Of a stretch of DNA of 64,000 nucleotides, positions 62,536 through 64,000 are shown one piece after another. Source of the DNA: Octopus sinensis (lineage: Eukaryota); the NCBI RefSeq assembly GCF_006345805.1, contig NC_042997.1:17980001-18044000 (forward strand), in the 5' to 3' direction. Both the position numbers and the translations under genes were made by a program. The notes under the pieces were generated by a model. It had not been told where the DNA came from, did no database searches, and saw only the letters and a program-made list of their open reading frames with translations. The first letter of the stretch is position 1. Every line of letters starts with the position of its first letter.

Positions 62536-64000
62536 AAGGGTGCCCCAAAATTAAGGCAACCAACTTTTTCAATTTTGCTAAAGCAAAATATTGTTATACT
62601 AGCAGTATCGCCCGGCGTTGCTCGGGTTTGTAAGGGAAATAACTATATAAGAATTTTTAGAGAGTTATAGCCAAAAAATAGCAAAAAAATGCATTAAAAA
62701 TGGAAAAAAAAATGATGGTAAATTTTTTTTTAAAATCGTTGACTCATCGTAGATATTTTTAGAGAGGTACTTCCCTTATATAATAGCGAAAAAAATGCAT
62801 CAAAATGGAAAAAAATGATGGTAAATTATTTTTAAAATCGTAGACTCATTGTAGACGCGCGCTAATACCCAGAAGGGCTCGATATGAATCACGACTATAA
62901 GATACCCGCTTTTGGTTACACTGCACCGCAAAATGTGGGAGTTGTTAGGAATCTAAATCGTAGGAGATAGACACACAACTTCACTTTTATATATAAAGAT
63001 TTCAGGTCTAAGCATTGCAATGCAATGGTAAATGAAACACAATTATGATACTATCACATTTAGTCAATATAAACAGCTCTGTTTTGAATCATAGCCTTAA
63101 GTCTTGGTGCGGAACACCACTGTTCTTGTAGAATTGAAGCCCATTCCCAGTGCAGTTTTGCCTTCAGAGAATCGAGATGGACTGTCCAGAGCATCCAAGA
63201 TGGATCAAACAGAAAAATCCGACAGGTTGAGATCGGGGCTTCTTGAAGGCCATGCATCCTTGTCTATGAATGCCGGAATGTTTTTCTGAATCCAGGGTTG
63301 TATCTGTTTGGAGCTGTGGGATGGTGTCAAGTTCTGTTGGAAGCTCCAAGGTGTGCCTTGAAAGGGCTCATTCACCCATGGAAGCAGTTCAGTTCCCAGA
63401 ATGTCACTAATGTACTGCTGGGTGTTAATTTTAATACCTGAGGGCACACAAGCGAAGGGAGACCTTCCAGTGGATCTCACAGCTGTCTAAATCATAACTG
63501 ACTGTGGATTTTGATGTCAATTTACGAGTCTACCCTCGACGGAACCAAAGTCAGTCATCTGGTTGTTTACTGTCTGTTCGATATCAAATTTCTTTTTATC
63601 AGTGAACACCAGGTTGGGGAACGTACCTTCAGCAATCTGATGCAGGATAAGATGACTTTGCTCCAGTCTCATGGCCTTATAAACTTGTGTGAGCTTATCT
63701 CAGCAGATCATCTTGTAGGGATGGGTCCTGAGATCCTCCTTCAGCACTCTATACATTGATGTTCAGCTTATTTTAGCTGTGACAGCCAGTTTTCTGACAG
63801 AACGACAAGGATTTCACTATATCTTTCCTCTGGTATTTTTGATATGCTGAGGGGTCTACATACTTCTTTTTTGGCCACATCCAGGTTAATCAGCCGTGAA
63901 ACCAGTCTCTTGAAATTTCTTGACAATTTTCTAGACTGTTGTTTGGCTTTAATTTTAAGCATTTTTTGCTAAAGCTGTATTACTTTTGCCTCCTTTGTGG
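62536..64000 (-). mobile_element. maT/DD37D-type Tc1/mariner transposon (runs off the window), with Helitron insertion
   Basis: TA|AAGGGTGCCCCAAAA terminus; GRSPFACVPSGIKINTQQYISDIL...WSFQQ...PSH...WPSRSPDLNLSDFSV motifs. Confidence 0.85.
62599..62999 (-). mobile_element. Short non-autonomous Helitron (401 bp)
   Basis: Minus strand A|TCTTTATATATAAAAG ... CCCGAGCAACGCCGGG hairpin ... CTAG|T; internal ~70-bp tandem duplication; CpG-rich. Confidence 0.85.

Overview
AT-rich animal genomic DNA. The repeat families and (TA)/(TG)/(TATG)/(AAT) microsatellite density point to an octopod cephalopod (Octopus); this is inference from recognised repeats, not a database result. No intact protein-coding gene, true tRNA, rRNA or CRISPR array can be supported, and most ORFs in the track are microsatellite translations. 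The window is a transposon graveyard. It holds decayed RTE, CR1/L2 and R4/Dong LINEs, two Penelope-like (Naiad-like RT + GIY-YIG) elements, four Tc1/mariner copies (two mariner-type, two maT/DD37D-type), a hAT remnant, two Helitrons, MITEs and several SINE families. A few unique + strand segments may be decayed exons of an unidentified gene (low confidence). Four observations stand out: (1) a tRNA-headed SINE-like unit with a Penelope-type hammerhead core, bracketed by a 19-bp inverted repeat (56.7-57.0 kb); (2) a 1.3-kb nested palindrome with a spacerless centre inside a Helitron; (3) a ~120-codon Ser/Asn-rich insert at the same point of the GIY-YIG domain in both Penelope-like copies; (4) an (AAT)n-embedded Dong RT fragment next to a non-coding (AAT)n-flanked element that may be its partner. 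Element boundaries are approximate unless a TSD or TIR is quoted.
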